A stretch of DNA of 64,000 nucleotides from Anolis carolinensis (lineage: Eukaryota): NCBI RefSeq assembly GCF_035594765.1, contig NC_085844.1, forward strand, positions 226,316,107 to 226,380,106. Reading direction: 5' to 3'. The notes beneath the pieces are model-generated. The model saw nothing but the letters and a program-made list of their open reading frames with translations. It did not search any database and was not told where the DNA came from. Shown one piece after another: positions 11,358 through 24,080 of this stretch; within the stretch, counting starts at the first letter, position 1; the number at the start of each line of letters is the position of its first letter. Made by a program: the position numbers and the translations under genes.

Positions 11358-11561
11358 CCAGTGTGAGAGAATTGGTCTACAGAGACGTTGCCCAGGGGAC
11401 ATCCGGATGTGCTACCATCCTGCTGGGAGGCTTCTCTCATGTCCCCACAAGCTAGAGCTGATAGACGGGAGGTCACCCCATATCCCAGATTCAAACTGTC
11501 AACCTTCAGGTCAGCAATCCAGCCGACACAAGGGTTTAACCCATTGCGCCACCGCAGCTCC
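11358..11561 (-). mobile_element. Anolis SINE2-like SINE
   Basis: Reverse complement of the 8021-8320 element, including the tRNA-like head. Confidence 0.8.
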
Positions 11562-11997
11562 TACATCAGGAGTACAAAAAAGTCCTATGGGGGGCTTCAG
11601 GGGGTCAGGGTTTATTTTGAATCTATAACTTGAAAAATTCACAGTTTTTTCAGTTTGTATTAACTATGAGCTGTGGTTATAGTCAATGAAGCATAATGAA
11701 CAATTGGATCTATTGTGCTGATAAACCTTTTTCAAGCTAGGCTCACATCATCTTTTAGCATCCATTTATACTATATGGTGTTCACACACAGGCAGTGTAG
11801 AACGAAAGCAGTTCCATCCATGACCAGATGAAATATTAATATTAACGTGTTAGTTGTGCTTGGTTTAGATACTGATGTGAAATGTAGCCCAAGCAGAGTA
11901 TGTCAATTTGCACATTTTGTATCAGAGTTTTAGCAAACTTGGTATTTGACTTCTCTTATAGCACAGTTTATCTTTGTAGAAAGAAAAAGCTGTAATC

Positions 11998-12133
11998 CAG
12001 TGGTTCTCAACCTGGGGTCCCAAGATGTTTTTGGCCTTCAACACCCAGAAATCCTAAGAGCTGGTAAAGTGGCTGGGATTTCTGGGAGTTGTAGGCCAAA
12101 AACATCTGGGGACCCCCAGGTTGAGAATCACTG
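11998..12133. mobile_element. hAT MITE
   Basis: TIRs cagtggttctcaacctgggg...ccccaggttgagaatcactg; near-palindromic; relatives at 25949-26081 and 41232-41326. Confidence 0.8.
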
Positions 12134-13982
12134 CTACAGTCTCTGAAGATGACATCTAAATTAACATGCTTTTTAGTTCAATAGAAGCAGACTGCTCTTA
12201 GTGTTTGATTTGAATACATTTCTTTCCCTGATTGTTATACATTCTTTAAGTTGCAGAAATAGCGGCCTAGTTCATGTTACCATTTTCTGGTTTGCTAAAA
12301 TAAGATTAGAATGAGGTTTTGGCTTTGACTGTCTTTGTGTCTTCCTTCACAGTGCAAACAGTAATATCAGGAAGACTGTTAACCACAGCTTCCTGTTCTG
12401 TTTGTTACAGGAGTCTGTGGCTGCCAGCTTTCTAAGAGTGCAGGATATTAAACCAATTTGTAGTCTTCCATGCTGGCTTGTTCTGAAGTTAGTAATCATA
12501 ACTTTCTGGTTTTGACAAAATTATGGTCAGTTAGACTTACTGGTTTGCTACTTTCACAAAGGAGCAAAAGGACTGCATAAGTAGGTGACGGATACATTCA
12601 TTTCTTAACATACCTATCTGACAATGGCCACTGTTGTGAACAAATTGCGACCTACTATAACCCGCTTCGCTTCTTATGTTTTTATCTTGCTGAAATGTGG
12701 TGTAGTGGTGGTCATGGTTTGTCATCAAGTCTAATCAGGATACGTCTAGTTTGATTGGAAACCATGGTGAGCATACTATACTTAGTTTCTAAGCAAACCA
12801 TCATTGCATCTTTATCATAGTTCAGCAAAAGTCCAAGACCTTTTCTTTGTATTTCTTTAACCTTTAAGGTCTGAGTCTTCATTCTTTTCCTTAACAGTCA
12901 ATTACTTATTGGATTGTAAACCTTTGGTTAGTTTGTTCCCCATGCAATGAGAAAGGCCGGATATAAAGTACATATAAATTAATAAAGATTTCCTTCTAAT
13001 TGTTGAACTGAACTAAGTTTTGAGATTCTCAAAAAGTAGTATTAAAATGTCATTGATGACTTGGAATGGTGCATCATACATAAACATATTCTCATATCTA
13101 TATTTGTATTACAAAAGCCAAACCAAAAAAATGGAAGCTTGCCTTCTATATCAGAACTTTGAATCCAGTATTCATTTCAGCTCTTTGTGAAAGTAGCCTG
13201 TTTTTTTGTATTTTCTGCCATTCATCCATTTGGCAGGTTAGCATTTCAGGAAGCAGTCTTTTACTAACCACTTCCTTTTGTGTCTTCATCCTTGCCTGAT
13301 TGAACACTTGGTATGTACATCAAACTCATTATGACACAGCCATCCTTCTAGATGTGTCATAATGACATCCAAGCAGGAGACAACTGAGAAACATGTCTGA
13401 ATTAAACAATTTCAGAGCGAACAAACACCAGCTGATGGAGTAGGAAGGGAATTGTGCCAAGTGAGCATTTTTTCATATAGTTTTTGTGCTGCTTTTATCT
13501 TTTTTTAATCAATTCCTACAAACTCTTAAATCTTCCACTTTTTTTGGAATATGCACAGTATCAGTCACAACTTGATCAAAACCATGCTCAGTGGGATTTG
13601 AGATGTCAGCACGTATGTCAGTTCCATTTATTCAGTGAATTTCATGGAATCATAGAGTTGGAAGAGACCACAAAGGCCATCCACCCCAATCCCCTGCCAT
13701 TCAGGAACACAGAATCAAAGCACCCATGGCAGATTTTTGAATTAATGATTATATTTAAGCCACAATTTTAATAGGTTTTCAGTGTGTTTTACATAGAACA
13801 GATACTAGTATTTATATTGACTCTCCTTGAAATCTAATTTTCCATGTCAGGTAGTGTTTATGGTTGAGTACTTCAGCATTATGATTCCTGTCCTCCCGTC
13901 TGAAGTGGTTTCACAGGTTGCTGTCTTCTCACCAAGACAGCAATCTGTCCATGCCTTGAGAGAGAATTTGTGGATGTAGATA

Positions 13983-14305
13983 TAGTAGAGTCTCACTTAT
14001 CCAAGCTAAACGGGCCAGCAGAAGCTTGGATAAGCGAATATCTTGGATAATAAGGAGGGATTAAGGAAAAGCCTATTAAACATCAAATTAGATTATGATT
14101 TTACAAATTAAGCACCATAACATCATGTTATACAACAAATTTGACAGAAAAAGCAGTTCAATACGCAATAATGTTATGTTGTAATTTCTGTATTTATGAA
14201 TTTAGCACCAAAATATCACGATATATTGAAAACATTGACTACAAAAATGGCTTGGATAATCCAGAAACTTGGATAAGCGAGGCTTGGATAAGTGAGACTC
14301 TACTG
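13983..14305. mobile_element. Tc1/Mariner MITE
   Basis: TIRs agtagagtctcacttatccaagc...gcttggataagtgagactctact; flanked by ta on both sides. Confidence 0.9.
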
Positions 14306-14809
14306 TACCTTAGTAGTTGTACATAGGACTAAGGTCTTCTAGTGTTTTTCTAAGTTATTTTCTCCACACTTCAGCATGCTCTGTGTAACAAAGCCTTTGG
14401 TGGGCTACTTCATGCTCCACATCATTTAGGAAGGGAAGGTATAACTTGGTATAAATTAGCAAATGTGAAATCTGTAGTATTCAATTATATAGCATCTGTG
14501 TTAATTTCTGAATTACCTCAGAATTACTAGGAATTTAGTAATAGCGAGGTATGCATGAGATCAAGGGAGCTTAACCAGGATTCCTTGGAACCCTAAGGTT
14601 CCTCAAGAAGTCACTAGGGATTCGATGAGAAGATATGATTGAAAGAAATCGACAATTTTAGTAGTTGTAGAAGTTTATGCAGGGGTTCCCTGATATCTGA
14701 AAGTTATTTCAAGGATTTCTGCAGGGTAAAACAGTTTTAAAAGGCTGCTCTAGAGAGGTCTATAACTTTGTTCCATCTATTCTACACAAATACCTGTAGC
14801 AATAAAGTC

Positions 14810-15137
14810 TAAGGTAGGTAAAGGTTTTCCCCTGACATTAAACGTTCAACTCTGGGGGTTGGTGCTCATCTCCATTTTTAAGCCGAAGAGCCAGCATTGT
14901 CCGTAGACACCTCCAAGGTCATGTGGCCAGCATGACTGAATGGAGCATCGTTACTTTCCTGCCGGTGTGGTACCTATTGATCTAGTCACATCTGCATGTT
15001 TTCTACCGTAACAGCAAGGTAGGCAGAAGCTGGGGCTAACAGCGGGAGCTCACCTTGCTCCCCAGATTCGAACCGCCAACCTTTTGGTCAGCAAGTTCAG
15101 CAGCTCAGCGGTTTAACCCGCTGTGCCAGCAAGGCTC
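14810..15137 (-). mobile_element. Sauria SINE
   Basis: Reverse complement has a tRNA-like head (B box ggttcgaatc), the Sauria body and an accttt-type tail; homologous to 52690-53853. Confidence 0.85.
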
Positions 15138-15344
15138 TAAAGGAGTTTAAAATGCAGTTTGCTCTGATTTTCCTAACAGATAGAATTATATTAGTCAAAT
15201 CTTGAATGTTTTTATATGGCATTAGTTGCTTTCATTTTATTCTCAAATAAATTTTAGTTTCAAAGAAACTTTTGTTCACAAATGCTAATATGCGTATTAC
15301 TCTTTAGCCTCTAGGAAGAGAATATAGTGGATTGTTCTCGCACC

Positions 15345-15406
15345 ATGTCGGAGATTGAAGAGAATCTCCAGGCAGCTTTCAAAAAGCTAAGGGTTGACTC
15401 AGAAGG
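15345..15406 (+). CDS. OSER1: OSER1 first coding exon (MSEIEENLQAAFKKLRVDSEG)
   Basis: caccATG Kozak context; LQxAFKKLRVD matches the OSER1 N-terminus; donor GG|gtaagt, phase 2. Confidence 0.92.
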
Positions 15407-16245
15407 GTAAGTGACAATATTTATTAGGATATTAAATAGGTAGAATAAAGGTGTACTCTTTCATGTCACACAATAAAGAAATAAATTTGACATCTCTTGC
15501 TGTCATGGTTAAGAGAAGTTTAAATATATGTGACTAGTATCGTTTGATGGCTGCTTCTCCTGTCTCCATTTGACTCCATTTTTTGCTTCTTTTTAGTATT
15601 GTGATTGGCAAACTTTTAAAATAAAGCCTGGGGAAGGATAGAAATGATTCCTCAGTTAAATTGCCAGGCATCATTATCTTTACATGTAACCTCATAGAAG
15701 AGTTGAGTGTCTTTCAGAGAACATATCCTGTTCATGCTAGACAGCATGCAAAATCAACCTAGTATGTAGTGTATAAGAATATCTCCAAATACCCTGTATT
15801 ACACAGTGCTTCCTTGACTGATGTATCTATCTTAAAAGACTTGCTTCAAAATTTAAAAACCTAGGAAAGCACTGCAGGATTGGCATGGAATTCTTCAGAC
15901 TAGTTAGCCTGAAATTCATTTTTTTCATAATTCATTTTTCGAGTCTCCCTGCCCCTTTTCATCTCTAATCAGGAAGCTAGGAAAGATGTTCAGAAGGATT
16001 GGATTAACTTGGCCCAGTTCCACAGTAAATTTTTGAGTGCCCCATATTTGTTCTTGAATAAAAATGAGAACGTTTGGTTCACATGTTTATTTGTGTCTTT
16101 TGAAAAATCAATGCAATAAATCTGTAAAGGCAATCTAGCTTTCAAGCAGGCTAAGTGTTGATGAATTGTGTGCTTACAACCTTATCACAGTCTGTGCATT
16201 TATTTATTTTGTTAGTTCCTTCTGATGATGTTTTTCTTGTTTTAG

Positions 16246-16356
16246 ATCCACTATTTCTCTTCCTGTGAATGAGGGGACATCTTCAAAAGCATTTTTAAGA
16301 ACCTCGGATGAAGATGAAATGAAGACTGCCAGTACATCCAAAGAAAGCTGGCATTG
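16246..16356 (+). CDS. OSER1: OSER1 second coding exon
   Basis: Acceptor ttcttgttttag; 111 nt, phase 2-2; STISLPVNEG...SKESWH matches OSER1 SKDSWH; donor TG|gtaaaa. Confidence 0.88.
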
Positions 16357-16619
16357 GTAAAATTACAGAACCATCTAATCTAACCCCATCCTCTGCAAGA
16401 ATACACAGCTAAAATACTCATGAGAGATGGCTGCCCAATCTCTATTTAAAGACTTCAATTCAGGGAGAATCCATCACCTTCCGAGGCAATCTACTCCACT
16501 GTCAGACAGTTCTTACTGCCAGAAAATTCTTCCTAATGCTTTGGTTGTGGTGGAGAAATTGTGGTATGTGGAGCCTCCAGGTGTCAGACATAGTGAAGCT
16601 CATTCCATTAGGTTTTAGT

Positions 16620-17300
16620 GATGTCTAATAAATCATATTTACCTTCCTAGATTATAAATTTAAATTTATCTTGTTTTTCATTTATGCTCTCTGTGTTACT
16701 GTGGAATAATCTAAGATTATCTTTAGGATATATTTAGGGTCATCTCCTCAATTTTCTTTCTGTTTCTCCCCTCAGCTGTTGGCAGATTTTTCTGCTGTTG
16801 CTTCAGTTCACTCTGTATTGTTAAGGTTATTGTTCCTAGTAAGTGGTTTCTCTGTGTCCTCTGAAATAGTGTCCCTTCATAAGTCAGTTGAATGTCATAA
16901 GGAAGAGGGAGCAGGCTTGTTTCATGAGGCCTTCTTGGTGAAAGCATAGATCATAGTCTAGAAAGCCAAATATTCAATGGCAGTACTATTTGCGGAGTCA
17001 ATTGTTCACGTCAGTGTTCATTTCTGTTTTTAGGGGCCATTGCCTTCAATAAGGAGTGCTACAATGGCAGCTTGTTCCCCAAGGTTCTTGAGTTTCCAGC
17101 TTGATATTCATAGTCTCTGTAATACGATGAATACTGTATCTTACAATATTATTTATTCTCACATGGATCAGACGGAGGGGCTCACAGTTTGTAGACTTCA
17201 TGTATTTTATCAGCCTATCTGGTACACCATAAATGTATGCACCAGGAAGACAGAGACAATATACCCATTGCAATTTCATCTTCTCTTCCCCTCAGCAGGG
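16620..17300 (-). mobile_element. Possible ancient L1/Tx1-like LINE RT remnant
   Basis: Minus-strand peptide YGVPDRLIKYMKS...VRINN...TETMNI resembles non-LTR RT sequence upstream of the QG motif; heavily decayed. Confidence 0.3.
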
Positions 17301-18450
17301 AATCGTGTACTATCACCACCTATTTGCGGTACCTTGAACAGTCAAGATTTCACAGAACCCTTCAAGTCCACCTTCCTGCTCTCGCAGGATAGTGACTGTT
17401 GTTTCTGTTGTTTTGCCTCATATCTGCTTATCAAAAGAAAAGCTTGGAATTAATTGCATAGCTCCATACATGTGGTTCCTGATAGTTTTCCTCTGTGTGT
17501 CCAAATGCCTGCACCCTATATTTGTTATCTTCTCTAGAGGCTTACCTGTGAGTTGCCCTTTAGGAGGGTCTGTTGCACTTTACTCAAAAAGGCTTGGTCC
17601 TCCCTTATAATTGGTTTAGTTATGCAGGCTGAATCTACACTACTTCATATTTATGCCCACCAAAATCAGTGGGAAGAATAGAGACTGGATCCGACGCTGA
17701 CTTCAAAAGAAACTAAAGCAAATTAGAACAACAAAACCTAAAGATAAAAGTAGCAGCAGCATAAAACAGAAAACAAAGCAGCCAGTGAAAGCATTATCTA
17801 TTGGATTTAAAGGGTTTTTTTCCAGTTCTCAAAGTGCTTGAATTGCTTACTTTGATCATGCTTCACTCTCATTGAAATCATGCCACCCTATTCTACTCCA
17901 GCCTGCGATTGTTTCAATAACATTCTGATAAGGATTTGTGCATACAAAGCCTGAAATTGTGTTCCATGTTTATATATCTTGATTGTACGTTATACAGATT
18001 GTATCGTGGTTAGCATGTATAGATTTTTGTGTACACAAATTCCAAATTAAATGTGCAGATGTTAGTCTGATAGCACGAGTGCCTATTATATTTGCAATTG
18101 GCCTGTACATTTCCATATGCCAGCTAATCTTTGGAAACACACTGGGATTGGGTACTCTATATATTTATGTATAATTCAATAAATGTTATTCAAAACATCA
18201 CCAACCCCTATAGTCTTTCTATTTCTGGCCTTTTCAAATTCTTGTACAGGAAAATGATGGTGGCAGCCAGTAATAGGTGGCTCCCTAAGGTGACCGTAAC
18301 ACCTGTAATAAGCGACCCATATCAGTATAAAGTTTTTTAAATCAAATTTGTTACTTAGATGCTATCCCTTTTTCATGACTCATGGTATAAATATTCATCT
18401 GCAGTTTTGTTTGGGTTGAACTAGTAACTTTTTGCGTTTTCATCCTCTAG

Positions 18451-19120
18451 GTGTTTGAGGAAACCCGTAAGAGGAGCAGTGAGAACACAACGTCGCCGGA
18501 GGTCAAAGTCTCCAGTACTCCACCCTCCCAAGTTCATCCACCGCACTATTAAATTGCCAACACATAACCAACCCCTGCCCAAGAATGCAGTGGACACTTC
18601 TGATCACAGCTGTGACCTGAGTGAGCCAAACTCAGACGAATTATCCAAGAACAAACAGGCCAGTTGTACTCTCAACAATGTTGAGAAGCTGCAAACAGCA
18701 GCCAAACATTCTGGGGTTTCCATGGCTACAGTGCAGCAGAACACACCTGAAAGCAGCCCAACAGCCATTCTAAAAGCTACAGATCCTTCTGATTTCCATT
18801 CTGTGTCTGAGCAAAATAAAGGGAGTCTGTGTGCATGTGTAGACAAGACTTGCCAGTGTACGCAGTGGCAAGACATGAGAGTGTATATGTTTTCTGGCCT
18901 GCAAAATGCTCTTCAATCTGTACCTGAAAAAGCAACACACATGCAGGACAATTCCAAGCCTTTGCCATCAAGAACTCCCTCCTGCTCTCTGAGATCTTGC
19001 TCTGAGCAAGCCAGGGCTCATGTGGATGATGTGACTATTGAAGACCTTTCGGGGTATATGGAATATTTCCTGCATATCCCTAAAAAAATGTCCCACATGG
19101 CAGAAATGATGTACACCTGA
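18451..19120 (+). CDS. OSER1: OSER1 last coding exon
   Basis: Acceptor catcctctag; RGAVRTQRRRRSKSPVLHPPKFIH and DDVTIEDLSGYMEYFLHIPKKMSHMAEMMYT* are OSER1 hallmarks; spliced CDS is 843 nt (280 aa). Confidence 0.96.
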
Positions 19121-19187
19121 CAGCTGTGGGATCTGATGAGCAAAGGGTTTTCACACTCCATCGAAGAAGCCATGGCTCTGTGCTTGT

Positions 19188-19193
19188 AATAAA
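19188..19193 (+). terminator. Candidate proximal poly(A) signal of OSER1
   Basis: AATAAA starting 68 nt after the stop, followed by a T/GT-rich tract; the 3' UTR may extend further. Confidence 0.4.
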
Positions 19194-19854
19194 GACACTT
19201 TGCACTGCACTAGTCTTTCTGTTTTTTCATGTCCCAGATGGCAAGACCATGATTAATATCTTAGCAAATAAGTCTAATGATTGAGTTGTTATATTAATTT
19301 ATAAAAGAAGTCGAGGATAGCAAGTTGAGGAACTACACAGTTGGTCCACATTGTAAGCAAAGCCCTCTGCGTGCTTGGAGCCAAATAAAGCATTTTGCCA
19401 AAAGTGGTGATAGCTTAGAATAAGTTTACAGGACCCACAGGCTGGGCAGCCTGTAGCCATTTGGATGTTAGTGGATAGCAGCTCTGGCCAGAATGGGTAA
19501 CACTGAGAGACTATAAGAATTAACATTCTCAATATCTAGAGTGTCAAGTTTTAAGTTGCAGAAATGCACAATTACTGAGAACATGGTTTTTGTTCTTTCT
19601 CTGTCCCGAGTATTTTGATGGTTAGCAATTTAATTTTAATTGTTCAGTATTAGCTGCCAGCTAACATTTTGTGAGATAAACTTTCTCTAGTAATGTAAGC
19701 AAATAGTATATTTTCCTAGCTATTAGTGTTTGAAATATAGTGTGAAAAGAATAGTTGAGGCAACATGTTCAACAGAATGAATCCCAAAGAATAAGAATAA
19801 TTTAATCAAAATGTTATTGCTGATGAAATGTTCCAGTCAGATCCCTTTCTGAGT

Positions 19855-19868
19855 CCACTAGAGGGCAG
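19855..19868 (+). promoter_or_regulatory. Candidate CTCF site
   Basis: CCACTAGAGGGCAG closely matches the CTCF core consensus. Confidence 0.6.
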
Positions 19869-20888
19869 TCTTGCTCCACAATTGCGATGAATTCATCCAG
19901 TGGGGAAATTTATGGAGTCTGCTCTCTAAATGGTGTTATTTTTTCTGATTTCTCAGTCTGCACTTCTTAGATGTGGATGCAGGCCAGGTTTGGAAATCTG
20001 CATAAAGACTGAAAAATGTATCCACTAAATGCACACATTTGAAAAGTGCAAATAGAAAAATTCACAGATTTTAGGGAAGCACTCAAAGTTTTGGTAAATT
20101 GGTGGCTATGTGCAATAATTAATGTAATGTGTGCTAAAGAAGGATGAACTTGTGTCCACACAAAATGTCCACAGAACACTAGAGACCACACTTAAGGTGC
20201 AAGAAAAGAAAGAAACTTTCTTGTGAGTTGTGCAGATTCTTAAATTTGACCAGTACTATTTACATTGGTTCATAAATATTTTCAATTTTGTTTGCTAGCG
20301 GAATCTTCTGAAATTAATTTTCAAGCTGTTGACTACAGAGATTTTTATTTTGTTTATAGTCAAAAAAGCAATGTACATTGAAACTGTTTACATTTTAAAA
20401 AGAGGGGTGTTAATGCCTATTATGATGACTGTTTTTAAAGGAAGTAATAAGACTGATTTGTGTAGAAATTGAAATTTCAAAATGTTATGTTTGCATGATG
20501 TATTACACTTGTTGAAATTCCAGATTCCCTTTTCTACATGACTACTAAAGCTAGAAGCCTCATCTTCTTTTTGATCTTAATGCTTTAATGCCACTCTACC
20601 AAAAAAGCTATATCTCATGCAGGCAATGCAGCCGGTTCCTTGTACTAAACACTGCATGGTATACATTCATGAACTGTTTGCAGAGCTAGCACTTGCCATC
20701 CACATCTGGATTGTGGAAGCATTTTGTTGTGCCAGATAAGTGGGAAAAATGAGAATTTGAGAAGTAGCACAAAGATGTGTTTTTCCTTAATGCCATCTAA
20801 AAATCTACCCAATGGTGTATTTGTTTCCCTGCCATGAGGAGGAGATGCCAATAATTTCTCTGTGGTGAAGTGATATAAGGTCCCGTAG

Positions 20889-21733
20889 TGTGATGCCTCA
20901 TGGGCCTTGTAGTCCTGCTCCTAGTGCCATCGTGGCAGATGAAGACGAAAACATGGGGTTTTCGCCGGTTCAGCAAGAGCCGGAGTCCTTTCACCTGCCG
21001 GATGTTGATGTTTGTCCCCAAGAATTCAGTAAAACAGACCTTGGGCATTCCTCGCCTCCGTTCCCTAGAAAAGAATCCTACTGTGCTGACAGAGGAGTCA
21101 GGGAACAAAATCGCAGGAGTTTACGGATTGCTGCCAAACAACAGGCTGATTAGACCTGCTTCCCTTGGGAAATTCTAAGGAGTCTTGCATCTGGACAAAG
21201 TTGGGTTTCGCTTCCCGTTCCCTAGGGAAAGAGATTGTTGGCGGGAAAACGAGACCCCAATATAGGTGCCTGACGCGGGAGAATCTTTGCAGAGTCAACA
21301 GAGCAGCTTCAGGAGTAAGATCGTGTGTGGACTTCGTAACCCCAGTTCCTTGTTTCCCGGATTAAGTATTCAAGACTTGCCTCGCTTTGCTTTCAACCAC
21401 GGACCTTGTTCTAAGAATCACTGTTTGCCTTGTATCCAGCCTTGTTTCCAGCCTTGTTGTCAAGCTACCTAGGACTCCTGAGACTCAGACATTTCCCCAC
21501 ACTATTGCTTGGCAATAGTGTGTGTTTCGGTATTGGATAAAGAACTTTGAACTCTAATATCATTTATTGGACAATACATTTTTGGACTATATTTGACCTC
21601 ATTTGAAAGGTCTGCTTCTGAACTATATTCTTCACTTGTTTTTATTGTTTTTATATAATTCCTTAATAAAGATATTAGAAAGAGATTGGCCTCTGTGTAT
21701 GGTTCTTGGTGCCCTGCTGCCAGGGGTCTGACA
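20889..21733 (+). mobile_element. Gypsy-type solo LTR (845 bp)
   Basis: TG...CA termini; perfect 5-bp TSD cgtag; TATA-like aatatag near 21259; AATAAA near 21665; homologous to 52859-53704. Confidence 0.9.
20890..21153 (+). CDS. LTR U3-encoded reading frame (87 codons), putative C-terminal segment of a retroelement protein
   Basis: Open from LTR nt 2 to TAG; amino-acid similarity, with synonymous changes at shared residues, to the frame in the second solo LTR. Confidence 0.55.
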   Translation: MMPHGPCSPAPSAIVADEDENMGFSPVQQEPESFHLPDVDVCPQEFSKTDLGHSSPPFPRKESYCADRGVREQNRRSLRIAAKQQAD

Positions 21734-23879
21734 CGTAGTACATGGCTTTGGAATTCCACATTGTGCCAGGAAATGGGAATAGTAAACCCTGACATAGTGA
21801 ATCTGGAAGGATGCTTAAAGCAGTTTCTTGCAACTAAAGCTGTGTAATGAAACCTGATTTTGAGAGTTGTGGAGTGTTGATATTTAAGTCTTTATGAAGC
21901 ATCCAGGATGCGCAAACTTGATTGTAATGGACCGCTGTTCAGCTCTAAATCTGAAATTGGTATTAGCGGGCAGTGAGGGAGATAATTGGGTGTAGAGTTA
22001 ATGTGAAAATTCTTTGCACCTAACCATTATAATGGTTAATGCATCAGAAGTAACACAGATTAGCTCTCTATTTGCATTTGCTGTTATAGAATGAATTTCC
22101 TGTAATGGGCTCAGGAAATAGCATACATTTTCAATTTCAGTGTTGAGTCTCTTGCATGAGATGATTGAGAGCAAAGGAGCTGAAAATTGTGATGAGTTTC
22201 CAATGTTTTATTTCTTATTCTTCCTGCTTCAGTTTCTTGGAATAGGTATGTTTTGGGTGGGGCCACCCTGGCACCTCCGTTTTCTTGTCCATATGAAAAC
22301 AAAAATGCTACTAGTCGCTAGCAAATTGGTTTAGCATCGCAAACATCCAATTTAAGAGATTACTCCAATTGAAATGAGAAAGTAGTAAACATATGGAGCA
22401 GAGAGTGTTTGTGAGTGTATAAAACACTAGATACAAGTGAGTAAAATGTATTAATAGAACCCATTGGAAAAAAAACTTCCAGCTGTGTTAAGATCACTGA
22501 AGGCCCTAAAGCTTTTCTGAGGGTGTATTTTCTGTGTTAAGGACAGCCATTAAATGAACAAGGAGACCTTCCACTGAGGGAGGTTAGAGACTTGCTGCAG
22601 CCTCTGAAAATACTGGCTCTGTGGTTCCAAGCAAGCATGACTGTAGGAACCAAAGGAAATTCCTGTAATGGCTTTAGTAAGGCAATACTTATGGGGCATC
22701 CTCCCCTTAGTGGTACTACCGGTACAGACATTGACTTCATTTTGGCACCATGTTTAATACAGCCTTTTTAGCCTAATGACTTTCTCCCCAGTATGTACAT
22801 GTATGTGATTTCAACTGTTCTAACTGGTTTTACTTTAAAAATAATTTAATACATTTAAAATGTTATTTTTTTTACTGCTTCACTTTTTGTTAAAATCTAT
22901 TTTATTGTATTTTGCTCCGAGATCTTTGAATATAGAGCAGGAGACAAATATTTTAAGAAATGTTGTAATAAATGTCTAAACGCCTCCAAAAGGAGTATGA
23001 GTTAGTTGTTTGCTTTCTGGGCAGTAATTTGTTTTTTCTCTCTAGTTCTTTTAGTTCTGTGTAACTATTAGAAAATCTACCTATGTAGTTCAGTTGGTTT
23101 GTAGTCACGTAGACAAATGCATGCTGGCTGATCTCATGCAGTCGCTCATCATCTCTGCTGGGCTAAAAATCAATCGTTAGTCTCAGAGCAGACCTTTTGT
23201 AAGTCCTATTGATTAGGTGGGTGTGCTCCAGCTGTGACTAAATGTGAGTTAGGCCAGAAGCGGGAATTGTGTAGCCCTTCAGGTATCCTTCAACTACAAC
23301 TCTCGGCATGCATTCTTACCCAGTATGAACCAATTGTGGGAAATGCTATCCAGAAGGCATCATGATTCTTTCTCAACTTTTAGTGCACTTCATTTTAATA
23401 ACGGAGACATCCTCATACAGCTGGCAAAGGTGGTATATCCAAAACGTGTGTTGACATTTGTAGGGAAGTCATTGCCCATGTAAATCCAGATAAAATAAAA
23501 ATTGATCCTTATTTAAAATTAAAGCAGTATTTTTCAAATAGATAGCCACAGTAGTGGAAGATCAAAAGCAACAACCTATTCTCATTTACAGGAAAATGGT
23601 ATTCCAACTAATCCATTATTATTTTGGTATAGTTTCCTTATAGTCAACACTATCACAAACAGCTGGAAGAGTGCATGGATTTGGAGATAATGAAATTTGT
23701 GGTTGCTCCTGAATGGTAAAATCTCAAGGTTCTCTGTAACTCAGTTATAATAGGGGTATGTATCAATCCCAAAATGTGGTTTGGCATGGGATCTGGCAAC
23801 TTCCTTAAGATTTGGTGATTTCTTTTTTTAATGTCTATGCCTTTTTTTAAATTAGGGGTGGGATTGGGGAGCTTCAATA

Positions 23880-24080
23880 ACAGGCATAAAGAAGTGATCC
23901 AGACTCAGCACCCATGAGTCTGGATGGAAAATGCACAGTTCTCTGAATACCAACAAGGCTTCAAGTTCTGACATTCCTTGCTGAAATAATGGCTGTAAGG
24001 AAGATAGTTTTCCAAGAAAGAAATCTGAGTGACATCTACAGGAGATTCAGTTTATGCATTAAAAACATTACACTTGAGAG
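23880..24080 (-). mobile_element. DIRS-type tyrosine recombinase remnant
   Basis: Minus strand, with one frameshift, reads SLRFLSWKTIFLTAIISAR-xx-SELEALLVFRELCIFHPDSWVLSLDHFFMP, matching the recalled DIRS1 YR pattern KTxFLxAITSARRVSELxAL...FHxDxVVL...FxP. Confidence 0.6.
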
